A stretch of DNA of 64,000 nucleotides from Nitrosopumilus sp. (GTDB lineage: Archaea > Thermoproteota > Nitrososphaeria > Nitrososphaerales > Nitrosopumilaceae), in assembly GCA_965205215.1 (NCBI GenBank), contig OZ242041.1, positions 928,001 through 992,000 of the forward strand, given 5' to 3'. Of this stretch, positions 20,343-30,734 are shown piece by piece. Below the pieces are notes generated by a model. That model was not told the DNA's origin, did not search any database, and saw only the letters and a program-made list of their open reading frames with translations. The position numbers and the translations under genes were made by a program. Within the stretch, counting starts at the first letter, position 1. The number at the start of each line of letters is the position of its first letter.

Positions 20343-20693
20343 ATGAAGTGCGCCACGTGCGGGGATAGGACAAACGAGCGTTGCCAGAAGTGCAATGCGG
20401 CGTGTTGCACTGTCTGTAAGAGTGAATATGATTACGAAGTCTGCCCGAACTGCAAGCGAATAGTGATCGCAAATGGGTACGTAGATGGGATTTACGACGA
20501 CGGGAAGGAGTATCCTCTAGAGCTGGCCGCTGTTCATACTGTGTTGATGAATATTCAAGTTCTGCTTGGCGCTATGGTAAAGACGAGTCCGGAGACAATG
20601 AAGGCATTGGAAAGTATGAATCCCGACTACACGAGGTTTGTAGATCAGTTACTGAAGTTCAACACAAAGGCACAGGCAGACCCCCCGGAATAG
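20343..20693 (+). CDS. small Cys-rich zinc-finger protein
   Basis: CATC..CQKC..CCTVC..CPNC. Confidence 0.6.
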   Translation: MKCATCGDRTNERCQKCNAACCTVCKSEYDYEVCPNCKRIVIANGYVDGIYDDGKEYPLELAAVHTVLMNIQVLLGAMVKTSPETMKALESMNPDYTRFVDQLLKFNTKAQADPPE

Positions 20694-21065
20694 CCCCCCA
20701 CAGACGCCTTTTTGTCCGCGTGCTTTGAAAACCTACTGCATGCCAAGCCGACGGTCTAGACGGCCTGCACGCCCCCAGAACCGCACGCGGCAGAACAACA
20801 AAACTGCACAGTCCAAGACATCAGAAACGGCCTGACATTATGATCAAACTGTCAGGCTCCGCCATTTTTTCTGAAAACGTTCGTTTTCAGGGGGGTTTAG
20901 CTTTCGTGCCTGCATACGCGATGCAAACACGCAAACACCCCCCCCTTGCACGGTCAAAGATGCCCAAGGATTGCAATGTACACACAATGCAGGCACGAAT
21001 AACGCCATACGTGCGGCCGCAGGCAATGTTTCAATTATCCATACCTAATAGATCATTCGGCATCA

Positions 21066-21188
21066 GATACTGGTACGAATTTGTGACATGGCCATCTAAT
21101 CGGGGGGGGGGGGGGAGGGAAGGGCGGCGGCGGCGGCGGCGGGGCGCCCCGGTTTCTTATACCTATATCACGAATTCGCATCAGTACC
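21066..21188. repeat. 22-bp motif doublet D (GC-rich spacer with G14)
   Basis: GATACTGGTACGAATTTGTGAC ... ATCACGAATTCGCATCAGTACC; the right arm is a near-perfect inverse of arm C. Confidence 0.85.
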
Positions 21189-21230
21189 TTGTTCATAAAC
21201 GTTAATTATTGTCGCGCGGATAGACTGACC

Positions 21231-23582
21231 GTGCAAACTATAAGGGAAACACTGTGGTTGGTTGGCATCAGACTGCGCGGCGACCTGCGGCATGATGCGC
21301 GTAGATACATGGAGGATGTTCAACGAGCTCTTTCAGACGGGGAAAGGCGGTTCCCGTACATTTCACTATTCGGGCCGTTCTCAACGCACATGATGGAACG
21401 GCAGATAATAGATGCAATGATTACAGCGATTGAGGCACACCCGGATGCAAGATTCTCAACAGACGGACTGTCGTCACGCGTCCATAACAAGCGGCTGGCA
21501 CGAGACCGCGGTGCCATAACCATCAAAATAGAACCCAACGAATCATTAAAGCAGATGAGATACGATATTGCGCAGGCGCTGCTTCCAAGCACCCGGGCGA
21601 CAAAGCACGACCACAGCAGCAAGGACGATTTTGAGTTTTACGTTACGCTGGCCGTTGGCAACACCGACAAGCGATTCAAGGACATAAGCGGAGATATCGA
21701 GTTCCTAGAGCTGAAACATGAAGACATCAAGCCGGAGTTGGTTTTATATCGCGGCAAAAAACCGGTCTTCACATATTTGGCAGGGCACGGTGCCACGCCC
21801 GCAAGGCCCAGAGATTTGTATGCCGACCCAGAAACATTCCAACGCAATCCACACCCAAACACAAATCGAGGCCGGAATCACAGGAAGGGCCGTAGGGATG
21901 CCACGGGCCCACAAGCGCGACGGCCTCGACAACCCTCGCCGCGTACTGAAATCCACAACAGGGATACCGGCCCAAGGGGCCTGAAAGGCGTGGCAGGCAT
22001 GAGGGATCTAAAAAACCTCCTAATATCCGACGTGATAAACCCACTCAGGCACCCCGAGCAATTTAAAAAATTCAAGGTTACTATGCCCAACGGCATACTT
22101 CTACACGGTCCACCGGGCTGCGGCAAGACGTTTATCGTCAGAAAGCTGGCCGAGGAGCTAGACTATAATTTTTTTGAAGTGGCGCACTCGGATCTTGCAA
22201 CGCCCTACATACACGGCTCAGTCGGCAACATCGGAAGAGTGTTCTCAGCGGCCCTGGAAAACGCCCCCGCAATCATATTTTTTGACGAGATAAGCGGACT
22301 GATACCAGATAGGTCGAAGGCTTCCAACACCGGCGACATCTACAAGGAGGAAGAGGTCAACGAGTTCCTCATGCAGCTTAACAACGCCGCCGAGAGGAGG
22401 ATACTGGTGGTCGGCGCGACAAACTACGTAGACAGGATGGATCCAGCCGCTTTGAGGCCCGGCAGGTTTGACAAGAAGATATACGTCCCCCCTCCGGACT
22501 TTGAGGCCCGCAGGTCGCTGTTTGAGATAGGGCTAACGGACCGCCCATGCGACAAGAGCGTCGACTCTGATCAGCTGGCGGAACTGACCGAGGGGTTTTC
22601 GTGCGCCGACATCATCAAGGACGCGATTGAATCTTCCGCACGGTTCGCAGTCAATCGGGGCCTAGACGTGATTGGCCAAGACATCATACGCAACGAGATA
22701 GCTCGCATATCGAAAAGAATAAGCGCGAATCGCCACCACGTACAACCCGCGCTACGATCTCGGCTACGCGCGGAAAGTGGCAGTGACGATTCTGGTCCGA
22801 GAGGCTTGGAAGGCGTCGCAGGCATGAAGGAGCTAAAAAACCTCCTAATATCCGACGTGATAAATCCGCTCAAATATCCCGAGAAATTTGAGAAATTCAA
22901 GGTTACGGTGCCCAACGGCATACTTCTACACGGTCCACCGGGCTGCGGCAAGACGTTTATCGTCAGAAAGCTGGCCGAGGAGCTAGACTATAATTTTTTT
23001 GAAGTGGCGCACTCGGATCTTGCAACGCCCTACATACACGGCTCAGTCGGCAACATCGGGCGCGCGTTCTCAGCGGCCCAGGAGGACGCACCTGCAATAC
23101 TCTTCTTTGATGAGATCAGCGGCCTGATTCCAAACAGAAAAAATTCACTAGGCCACAGCGGCACCCACAAGGAGGAAGAGGTCAACGAGTTCCTCATGCA
23201 GCTTAACAACGCCGCCGAGAGGAGGATACTGGTGGTCGGCGCGACAAACTACGTAGACAGGATGGATCCAGCCGCTTTGAGGCCCGGCAGGTTTGACAAG
23301 AAGATATACGTCCCCCCTCCGGACTTTGAGGCCCGCAGGTCGCTGTTTGAGATAGGGCTAACGGACCGCCCATGCGACCAGAATGTCGACTCTGATCAGC
23401 TGGCGGAACTGACCGAGGGGTTTTCGTGCGCCGACATCATCAAGGACGCGATTGAATCTTCCGCACGGTTCGCAGTCAATCGGGATCTGGACGCGATTGA
23501 TCAGAACATCATACGCAACGAGATAGCGCGGATATCAAGGAGAAAAGCCGCACAATCAGCGGATGAATTGGGCAATACATAA
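21231..23582 (+). CDS. inactive 2H domain fused to tandem AAA+ ATPase (CDC48/VAT-like)
   Basis: N-terminus paralogous to 17491 gene but HxT changed to YIS/YVT; two modules with GPPGCGKT, FFDEI, VGATN, DPAALRPGRFD; GTG start chosen. Confidence 0.85.
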   Translation: MQTIRETLWLVGIRLRGDLRHDARRYMEDVQRALSDGERRFPYISLFGPFSTHMMERQIIDAMITAIEAHPDARFSTDGLSSRVHNKRLARDRGAITIKIEPNESLKQMRYDIAQALLPSTRATKHDHSSKDDFEFYVTLAVGNTDKRFKDISGDIEFLELKHEDIKPELVLYRGKKPVFTYLAGHGATPARPRDLYADPETFQRNPHPNTNRGRNHRKGRRDATGPQARRPRQPSPRTEIHNRDTGPRGLKGVAGMRDLKNLLISDVINPLRHPEQFKKFKVTMPNGILLHGPPGCGKTFIVRKLAEELDYNFFEVAHSDLATPYIHGSVGNIGRVFSAALENAPAIIFFDEISGLIPDRSKASNTGDIYKEEEVNEFLMQLNNAAERRILVVGATNYVDRMDPAALRPGRFDKKIYVPPPDFEARRSLFEIGLTDRPCDKSVDSDQLAELTEGFSCADIIKDAIESSARFAVNRGLDVIGQDIIRNEIARISKRISANRHHVQPALRSRLRAESGSDDSGPRGLEGVAGMKELKNLLISDVINPLKYPEKFEKFKVTVPNGILLHGPPGCGKTFIVRKLAEELDYNFFEVAHSDLATPYIHGSVGNIGRAFSAAQEDAPAILFFDEISGLIPNRKNSLGHSGTHKEEEVNEFLMQLNNAAERRILVVGATNYVDRMDPAALRPGRFDKKIYVPPPDFEARRSLFEIGLTDRPCDQNVDSDQLAELTEGFSCADIIKDAIESSARFAVNRDLDAIDQNIIRNEIARISRRKAAQSADELGNT

Positions 23583-23611
23583 CAGCGTGCGCCGCGGGAT
23601 GAGTCGTTGAG

Positions 23612-24871
23612 TTGGCACCAACATCCAGAACCGAAGTCAAGCGCAGAGCCGGAAGTAGCCGGCGGCGACTGCCATCTCGTGTCAAAAAATACATGATAGA
23701 GATCAGGGTCGGAGGGCAACAAAATGAGGTACTCAGGCATCTTGTCAAGGTCATAGAGAAAAACTTTGGCGCCAAAAGCAAGTTCAGGCACGTCCCCCAC
23801 GTCACCATAATAGGGACACTGAGTACATCAAACCAGAGAGATCTCATAAACACCGTGCGGAACGTGGCAAAAGATTATGATCTGGTGAGCTTTCGCCTTG
23901 TTGGTTTTGGCGAATTTTCGGGGCGCGCCATATACGCGCACGTCTGCCCGTCAGATGAATTGAGGGAGATGCGGCAGAAACTTGTCAAGAGTCTTGGCAG
24001 GTTCTGCGAGCTCAAAACATACGATATGAAGGAAGATTTCAAACCCCACGCCACCTTGTGCCTCGACACAGATCTACCAGAGAAAACAGAGGTCGGCATC
24101 AAGAGAAAGTTTGGCAAAATACTAGAATTTTTGGAGAGCTGGAAGCTGTTGGATCATAGACAGCACGCGTTACGGGTAAGCGTAATCGGCGAAAACCGGA
24201 AGATAGTATGCGAATATGATTTGATGCTCCGGAGAATGATCAGCAGGGATGAGGCGCTCAACAGGACGCTATTCAAAAAAACAATGTCGGCTTTTGAGAA
24301 GAGGATGAAAAGATCTGGCACAAATGCAGGAAAGCGTCTGAATTTCACAGACGAAAGCGAACACCTTGGAAGAGTTTTCGTACTTAGTGACCTGCATTTC
24401 GATCATACGAGCATCATAAGGCGCTGCAGGAGGCCATTCTCGTCCACCCAGCAGATGAACCGCATACTGGTCAACAACTGGAACGACAGGGTGAGGAAGG
24501 GCGACAGGGTGTATTACCTCGGCGACATGACACATGGAAGAGAAAGAAGATCCATCGACTTTTGGCTTTCAAAGCTGAACGGCGAGGTGCGCTTTATACG
24601 AGGAAGCCACGACACTGACGCCATTACAAGGGCGGAAGTGATAAAGGACAGATTTCCCATCAGATATGGCGGCTTCGAATTTCTTTTGATGCATGATCCT
24701 TACAGGCCGGTGTACTGGGACGGGTGGATCATACATGGAGACAAGTACAATAGCAACCCTGTTACATACCCACACATCAACAGAAGAAATAAGACGATCA
24801 ACGTTTGTTCCGAGTATACTGGATATGCCCCGATGAGTCTTGATGAGATCATCGCAAAGATTCCCAAATGA
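23612..24871 (+). CDS. 2H phosphoesterase fused to metallophosphoesterase (paralog; MPE partly degenerate)
   Basis: PHVTI, PHATL; SDLHFDH, GD, GSHD (N->S), HGDKY (H->Y). Confidence 0.8.
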   Translation: MAPTSRTEVKRRAGSSRRRLPSRVKKYMIEIRVGGQQNEVLRHLVKVIEKNFGAKSKFRHVPHVTIIGTLSTSNQRDLINTVRNVAKDYDLVSFRLVGFGEFSGRAIYAHVCPSDELREMRQKLVKSLGRFCELKTYDMKEDFKPHATLCLDTDLPEKTEVGIKRKFGKILEFLESWKLLDHRQHALRVSVIGENRKIVCEYDLMLRRMISRDEALNRTLFKKTMSAFEKRMKRSGTNAGKRLNFTDESEHLGRVFVLSDLHFDHTSIIRRCRRPFSSTQQMNRILVNNWNDRVRKGDRVYYLGDMTHGRERRSIDFWLSKLNGEVRFIRGSHDTDAITRAEVIKDRFPIRYGGFEFLLMHDPYRPVYWDGWIIHGDKYNSNPVTYPHINRRNKTINVCSEYTGYAPMSLDEIIAKIPK

Positions 24872-25187
24872 GGAATGCGGTAACTGGTCAGGCCATACCT
24901 ATTTCTCCAGTCGAAGAGATGATCTTCATGCCTCGATTTCGCAATCGCCTGATCACGTGCATAAATTCAAAACTATAAACAAGATTCTCAAGTCACGTTA
25001 ACTAAAGTGCGCCTACGCTGAACCGGGGTTGATTCTGCATTACAATTATGCGCCTGTTTCCACGTATTTGGTGGGACAGAGTCACAACTCTGCAACCTAG
25101 GAATCAGTGTGGAGCCAACGGAGAGGATTTGACAAGCATGAGAACAGGTTGAAATACAGGTTTTCAGGATCTTGAGATGAGAGATAC

Positions 25188-26525
25188 ATGGCTAACCGGC
25201 GGCAATACAAGCCATATCGATACAGGCATGGCAGAAACCGCGCAAGAAGAGGCCGCAAAGTGGCGGCCATCGTGACTGCAGTGGCCGTTTCTCTTTTACT
25301 AGTTACCATGTTTGCATATGATGGCTGGCCACTCAGACTTGTCAATGAGACGCATGAGGATGTGGGAGATGAGACAGATCCGGTTGGAGACGGTGCGGCC
25401 GAGCCCTCCAGCCTGCAGGAAACCGCCCCTGCCAACACTGATGACGAGCAACAGACGGTGAATGGCGCGGCCGAGCCCTCCAGCCTGCAGGAAACCGCCC
25501 CTGCCAACACTGATGACGAGCAACAGACGGTGAATGGCGCGGCCGAGCTGAGAATGCACATGCTGCGTCTCATCAACGCCGAACGAGCCGTCGCAGGGCT
25601 CGATCCGGTCGAGCTTGGAACAAACACAGCAGCGCAGTACCATGCAGACTCCATGCTGGACAGCTGTACTTCCGGACACTGGGGGGTGGACGGACTCAAG
25701 CCTTACATGAGATACTCGCTTGCAGGAGGACACCAGTATAATGCGGAGAATGTCTACGGCCTAAGCTACTGCATAAAACCGTGGGAGAACTATGTCACTG
25801 TACACCCTAGGGCGGAGGTATCGGAGTCCATGAGATCACTCATGTCAAGCCCCGGACACCGCGACAACATACTTGATCCTCACCACGTGTCGGTAAATGT
25901 CGGTCTGGCGTGGGACGACTACAACATGATGGTGGTGCAGCATTTTGAGTATGATTATGCGTCGTTTTCCAAAAAGCCGTCCATAGACGGCGATGTCCTG
26001 TCCTTTTCTCTTACTACGAAAAACGGCGCCACGATTTCAGACGATTCTACAATACAGATACAGTATGACCCGCCTCCGTACGAACTTACGCGGGGACAGA
26101 TTGCCAGCACCTACTGCTATGATTACGGCCTTTCAGCAGCTACGATACTGCCCCCTCTGCCTCCGGGCTCGTACTACACTGACGACTCTTATCAGGAACA
26201 TTCTTCCTCAAAATGTCCGGATCCATACCGCATCCCTCCCACCGCTCCGGCGCCTGAATCCGTTTGGGGTGCGCTTGAGGCCCACAGACAGGCCGTGGAC
26301 AGTAGCGAGGGGAGCGACAACGCGCCTGCGCGGATGGTTCCGTTCCTTGTTGCCGACAGATGGGACTCGTCCCCAAATCATCTGAACGTGGTTGCCGACA
26401 TATCAGAGATTATCTCAGAGCGCGGGGCCGGAGTATACACCATAACGGTATGGGGTTTTGTACGCGGGGATGCCCCGATAGGCGAGTACTCGGTATTTTA
26501 TGACATCCGCCCGCCGGACGGCTAG
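25188..26525 (+). CDS. membrane-anchored CAP/SCP domain protein with 72-bp internal repeat
   Basis: Basic N-terminus plus TM; IN.ER...GL, AQYHADSM, AENV, MSSPGHRDNIL; 24-aa duplication at 25392-25547. Confidence 0.8.
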   Translation: MANRRQYKPYRYRHGRNRARRGRKVAAIVTAVAVSLLLVTMFAYDGWPLRLVNETHEDVGDETDPVGDGAAEPSSLQETAPANTDDEQQTVNGAAEPSSLQETAPANTDDEQQTVNGAAELRMHMLRLINAERAVAGLDPVELGTNTAAQYHADSMLDSCTSGHWGVDGLKPYMRYSLAGGHQYNAENVYGLSYCIKPWENYVTVHPRAEVSESMRSLMSSPGHRDNILDPHHVSVNVGLAWDDYNMMVVQHFEYDYASFSKKPSIDGDVLSFSLTTKNGATISDDSTIQIQYDPPPYELTRGQIASTYCYDYGLSAATILPPLPPGSYYTDDSYQEHSSSKCPDPYRIPPTAPAPESVWGALEAHRQAVDSSEGSDNAPARMVPFLVADRWDSSPNHLNVVADISEIISERGAGVYTITVWGFVRGDAPIGEYSVFYDIRPPDG

Positions 26526-26542
26526 ATTAGATATTATGATAA

Positions 26543-26806
26543 TTGAAGTTAGGGCTGGCTCGTCACCTATCTCTAGAGTTCGTCCCTTTTCCTGCTACTA
26601 GGATCCTGTTTGCAATGTCGACGTCTGACTCGGAGGGGATTGACATGAAGACCATCAAGAAGTCTGGTATTGTCCAAGGCACGTTGGCAAAATCGTTGGT
26701 CAGACTTGAGCGCAAGGGGCTAGTGCATCGTTGTGGATATGGAAAGCACAGACTGTCGCTGTCTCTGTTGGGGGAATACCTGAAGAGAAGGATCCCACAG
26801 ATGTGA
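26543..26806 (+). pseudogene. winged-helix C-terminal fragment (archaeal ATPase-like), probably a remnant
   Basis: I.KSGI..GTL...L.RL..KGLV.R...GK..L pattern, no upstream domain. Confidence 0.4.
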
Positions 26807-26877
26807 TGCCACATTTGCGCTACGACATGCAGAGAGAGGAGGGAAGGCGTAAATCCGCTATACCTCAGCCTAGGATC

Positions 26878-26978
26878 TTGCCATCTTTGCCATCTTTGCC
26901 ATCTTTGCCATCTTTGCCATAGTTTGCCATCTTTGCCATCTTTGCCATAGTTTGCCATCTTTGCCATAGTTTGCCATC
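26878..26978. repeat. 9-10 bp tandem repeat (TTTGCCATC/TTTGCCATAG), ~11 copies
   Basis: Directly visible. Confidence 0.9.
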
Positions 26979-27228
26979 ATCACATCGTCTACCAATCTGA
27001 GCCCATCATGGATCTAGACCTCGACTGTACAGTATACGACAAGGATCTCTACAGGAAGATGAAGTCACAAATGAGATGTCAGTCCAGTCATAGCCAAATC
27101 ATTCCAGTTCGTCCATCTGCCAGCCCACTACCCATCGGCCTTAGTATTGTTGACTTAGGTACCATGGACGTGAACCATCTCTCCTTGAGATATGCTTAAC
27201 CGCCTTTGTCACCGAACTTACTGACATT

Positions 27229-27636
27229 GGTGCCCGTGCCGCGCCCGGTGCTGGTGCCCTTCCCATATACCTGATGCCTGTCAAAGTCGACAAAGTCGAC
27301 AATCTTGTCGGCTTTGTCGACACTCGTGTCTGGAACGCCCAAAGAATCTACAAGTCTAATAACGCCTCGTGCGGAGGTGCGGCGGAACCGGGCGCCTGAA
27401 CGCGGTGACAAGTCGGATTATTCGTTTGCGAATGTTGTTCCAAAACTTCTTGTCCGTTTCAGGAATCGGGGTATGCCGCGGAACGACTGAACGGTGAACC
27501 TGCCAGCGCGCCGCCGGCCGGGCGTGCTTTTCGCGGGACGGTCGGGCCGCCGGGCCCGACTGTATGTGGGAGGGGGCCGCCGCTAGGCGGCCCCCGGTCG
27601 TTTCGGGGTTGCCGCGCGCGGGTTCGTCTTGTCTGT
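27229..27636. repeat. non-coding structured module, copy 1 (diverged copy at 29836-30372)
   Basis: Shared blocks GTCAAAGTC..CAAAGTCGA, ATGCCGCGG.ACGACTGAA, two conserved GC hairpins. Confidence 0.7.
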
Positions 27637-27701
27637 CCAAGGGTAATGCGAGTCCGGCCGCCCGCCGGGCCGTGCGTGGCGCGGCTGTCCGGACGGCGCC
27701 G

Positions 27702-27813
27702 TATGCATATTGTGCACGTGTCTGGTGCATATTATGCATCCGGAATATGCATATTATGCACGCCGGAATGCCTCGAAATGCATATTATGCATCCCCCGTA
27801 TGCATATTATGCA
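27702..27813. repeat. five spaced quasi-palindromes TGCATATTATGCA (iteron/operator-like)
   Basis: Copies spaced ~22-31 bp apart. Confidence 0.75.
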
Positions 27814-28463
27814 GTGGGGGCAGAGGCACGCGCTTGCCCGATGGGACTCCGACCGAATCTTGTTGCTTAAACAGGCATCTGACGGCGGCAAGGATAGAAT
27901 TCCCGACCGGGGCAGACGGCCTGTGCTGAAAGCGGGATCGAGAACCATCCGCCCCGGAACGTATCGGCCGCGAGGTGCGCGCCATCAGAAGCCAACGCAT
28001 ATCAGACCGAGTCCGACCACCTGATGCCACAGCTGCCCGAAATATCTCACGTGGGGATGTGACGAACCTGGATCCGTCGCGCGCTGAGCCTCCTGCGCCG
28101 CCACCGCAGCCAGGCTTTGCACCGCCGCCGTTGACGGAAGCATCCGTGGCCAGACAGGCGGGCGCCGCCTGCTTGCGGCAGTAATCAAGCAGGCGCAAGC
28201 GCAGATCCTCATCGCCGTCCTTGGCGGCCGGGGATGACGATCGTTCCGGATCTGGGACTGCTTGGAATGCGCCCTGCCGGCGGCGCCCTCCGGGGCGGGC
28301 GTGCGGGACGTTGCGTCCTGAGGATTCGCATTCGCTGGCAGCAGGCGTCCGGTTCCTTCAAGGTTTTGTCAGACTCCCCCTTCTGGCCTTGGATGCGGAC
28401 GGGAGTCTGTGGCCGCCCGCATCTCACGACAGGTTTAATTTTTACGCTCTGGTACGGCATGCA

Positions 28464-28982
28464 ATGAACGACATACTGGAGGGGTTCATGGCATACCTGG
28501 AGGAGAACGGGCTGGCGGAGTTTGACACGAGGGACGGGGACGAGTCCGGCCTTGACAGCAAGAACAGGCTTCAATGGTGCGTGTTTCTGGCAAAGCGCTT
28601 TGGACTGGACATGAACTACGAGTACGACATATGCTTCTACGGGCCCCAGTCCAGGGCCCTGTCGGGCGACTACCTAAAATACGCAGAGAATCATGTGGGA
28701 AGCCCGGATGGCAGGACGGCGACCGCCTAGGTCGTGATACAGCTTCCGGAGTCCTTCCGAAGCGGGGAGTTTCTGAGCCTTGTCAGGGGCAGGAGCAGCG
28801 ACTGGATGGAGATCGCCACCACGCTGATAAGCCGTAGCGCAACCATCCCGAACAGAAGGGACCTGATCGAAAATATAGAATGGACCACAAACGGGTTTTC
28901 CATAGGGTACATCGCAAGCGTGCTGGATGACCTGCAGGCAGCGCACGTGATAGACCCGGAGCGGCAGCCTACAGGCGCGTGA
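28464..28982 (+). pseudogene. YwgA/SocA(Panacea)-like protein interrupted by in-frame TAG at 28728
   Basis: RLQ..VFLAK.FG...Y.Y....YGP.S..L..DY; the downstream ORF 28734-28982 is in the same frame. Confidence 0.55.
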
Positions 28983-29410
28983 GTATCTTTGATCGCGTGT
29001 TTCGTTTCCCGTCGTGACAAAGCTTCAACTCATGGCCGCAGACGCTTCTATTTTCTGTCAACAGGCCATCAGGCGTGAACAGGAATTTGGAGTCCGGGTC
29101 GGCCGGGGCAATGGGACAGTAGCTCCGCGTCCACGGTGCCGCTGCCCCCCCGACCTAGATGTCGTCTCCAACACCGCCGCCCGTGATCCCGGAGCCGCCT
29201 CCCACGCCACAGCCGGACGCCCCGCGGGTCTGCTGGTAATCCATCCGCCCTTCCACTCTCCAGCTGTACACTGCAACCGGAAGGCCGAGTTCTTTACAAT
29301 CTGCCAAACCGCCAGTCAAATGTGGGAGCGCGGCGGTATGACCGGGGAGTGCGCGAATAAGCCGCGGCCGCCTGTCGTTCCTCCCGCTCCTACTTCCGCC
29401 GGATCCACTG

Positions 29411-29847
29411 GTGCTGGTGCCGTCCCTGTGCTGGTGCCGTCCCTGTGCTGGTGCCGTCCCTGTGCTGGTGCCGTCCCTGTGCTGGTGCCGTCCCTGTGCT
29501 GGTGCCGTCCCTGTGCTGGTGCCGTCCCTGTGCTGGTGCCGTCCCTGTGCTGGTGCCGTCCCTGTGCTGGTGCCGTCCCTGTGCTGGTGCCGTCCCTGTG
29601 CTGGTGCCGTCCCTGTGCTGGTGCCGTCCCTGTGCTGGTGCCGTCCCTGTGCTGGTGCCGTCCCTGTGCTGGTGCCGTCCCTGTGCTGGTGCCGTCCCTG
29701 TGCTGGTGCCGTCCCTGTGCTGGTGCCGTCCCTGTGCTGGTGCCGTCCCTGTGCTGGTGCCGTCCCTGTGCTGGTGCCGTCCCTGTGCTGGTGCCGTCCC
29801 TGTGCTGGTGCCGTCCCTGTGCTGGTGCCGTCCCTGTGCTGGTGCCG
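29411..29847. repeat. 17-bp perfect tandem repeat (GTGCTGGTGCCGTCCCT), ~25.7 copies
   Basis: Directly visible; no spacers. Confidence 0.97.
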
Positions 29848-30372
29848 GTGTCCCCCCGTGCTTGGCGCCTGCCAGAGTCGTCAAAGTCTGCAAAGTCGAA
29901 GACATTGACGACACCCGTGCCTGGGGCGCCCAGAAAGCCTACAAGCCTAAACGCCTCATGCTGGAGCGCGGCGGACTTGGTGGACCTTATTACAAGCCGT
30001 ACACTGATGTATCGGAGTGGTGACGCGTGTCGTACGCTGCCGCGACGTTCTGACTGCGCATGTCTGGAAGACCATACGCGCAAAGCTAGATCCCGCGCAA
30101 ATCAACCTCCGACAATGAGGAAAGCTGCGGACCTGCCTGAAGTGAAGACGAGCTACCGTTCTGGGCGCAACCTCCTAACCGGACTGATCGACGCGGCGCG
30201 CTCTGGGAGTCGGCGCATGCCGCGGGACGACTGAAGGGTGAGCATGCTGGCGCGCCGTCGGCCTGGTGTGTTTTTCGAGGACAGCCGGGACGTCAGTCCG
30301 GGCTGTCCGACGAGGGGGCCGCCGCCAAGCGGCCCCCGAGTGTGAGTGCCGGGCCGCGCGGGTTGTTGTCTG
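29836..30372. repeat. non-coding structured module, copy 2
   Basis: See copy 1. Confidence 0.7.
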
Positions 30373-30430
30373 GGTGACGTGTCAATATGCGAATGGTATA
30401 TTCGACTCGTACCGTCAAGTCATGCCGCAT

Positions 30431-30696
30431 GTTTCACATGCTTTGCCTGTGCGCCAAACGCGCGCTTTACATGCTTTGCCTGTGCGCCAAACGCGCGCTT
30501 TACATGCTTTGCCTGTGCGCCAAACGCGCGCTTTACATGCTTTACCGGTGTTCCGGGCGCATGTTTCACATGCTTTGCCTGTGCGCCAAACGCGCGCTTT
30601 ACATGCTTTGCCATCTTTGCCTGTTTTACCTGTGAGCCGAACGCGTGTTTCACATGCTTTGCCTGTGCGCCGTACACCTGCTTTACATGCTTTGCC
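30431..30696. repeat. ~32-bp degenerate tandem repeat (TTTACATGCTTTGCCTGTGCGCCAAACGCGCGC)
   Basis: About eight TT(T/C)ACATGCTTT cores, directly upstream of the AbrB-like gene. Confidence 0.85.
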
Positions 30697-30734
30697 AGCT
30701 TTTACCCTTAAGTGGATATGACGTGTCAGGGGTC

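Noticed and set aside
28728-28730. Pyrrolysine read-through of the amber codon
   Set aside because: No pyl genes in the window and not expected for this lineage.
29411-29847. CRISPR array
   Set aside because: Perfect head-to-tail 17-mer with no spacers and no cas genes. The overlapping repetitive ORFs are artefacts of the repeat.
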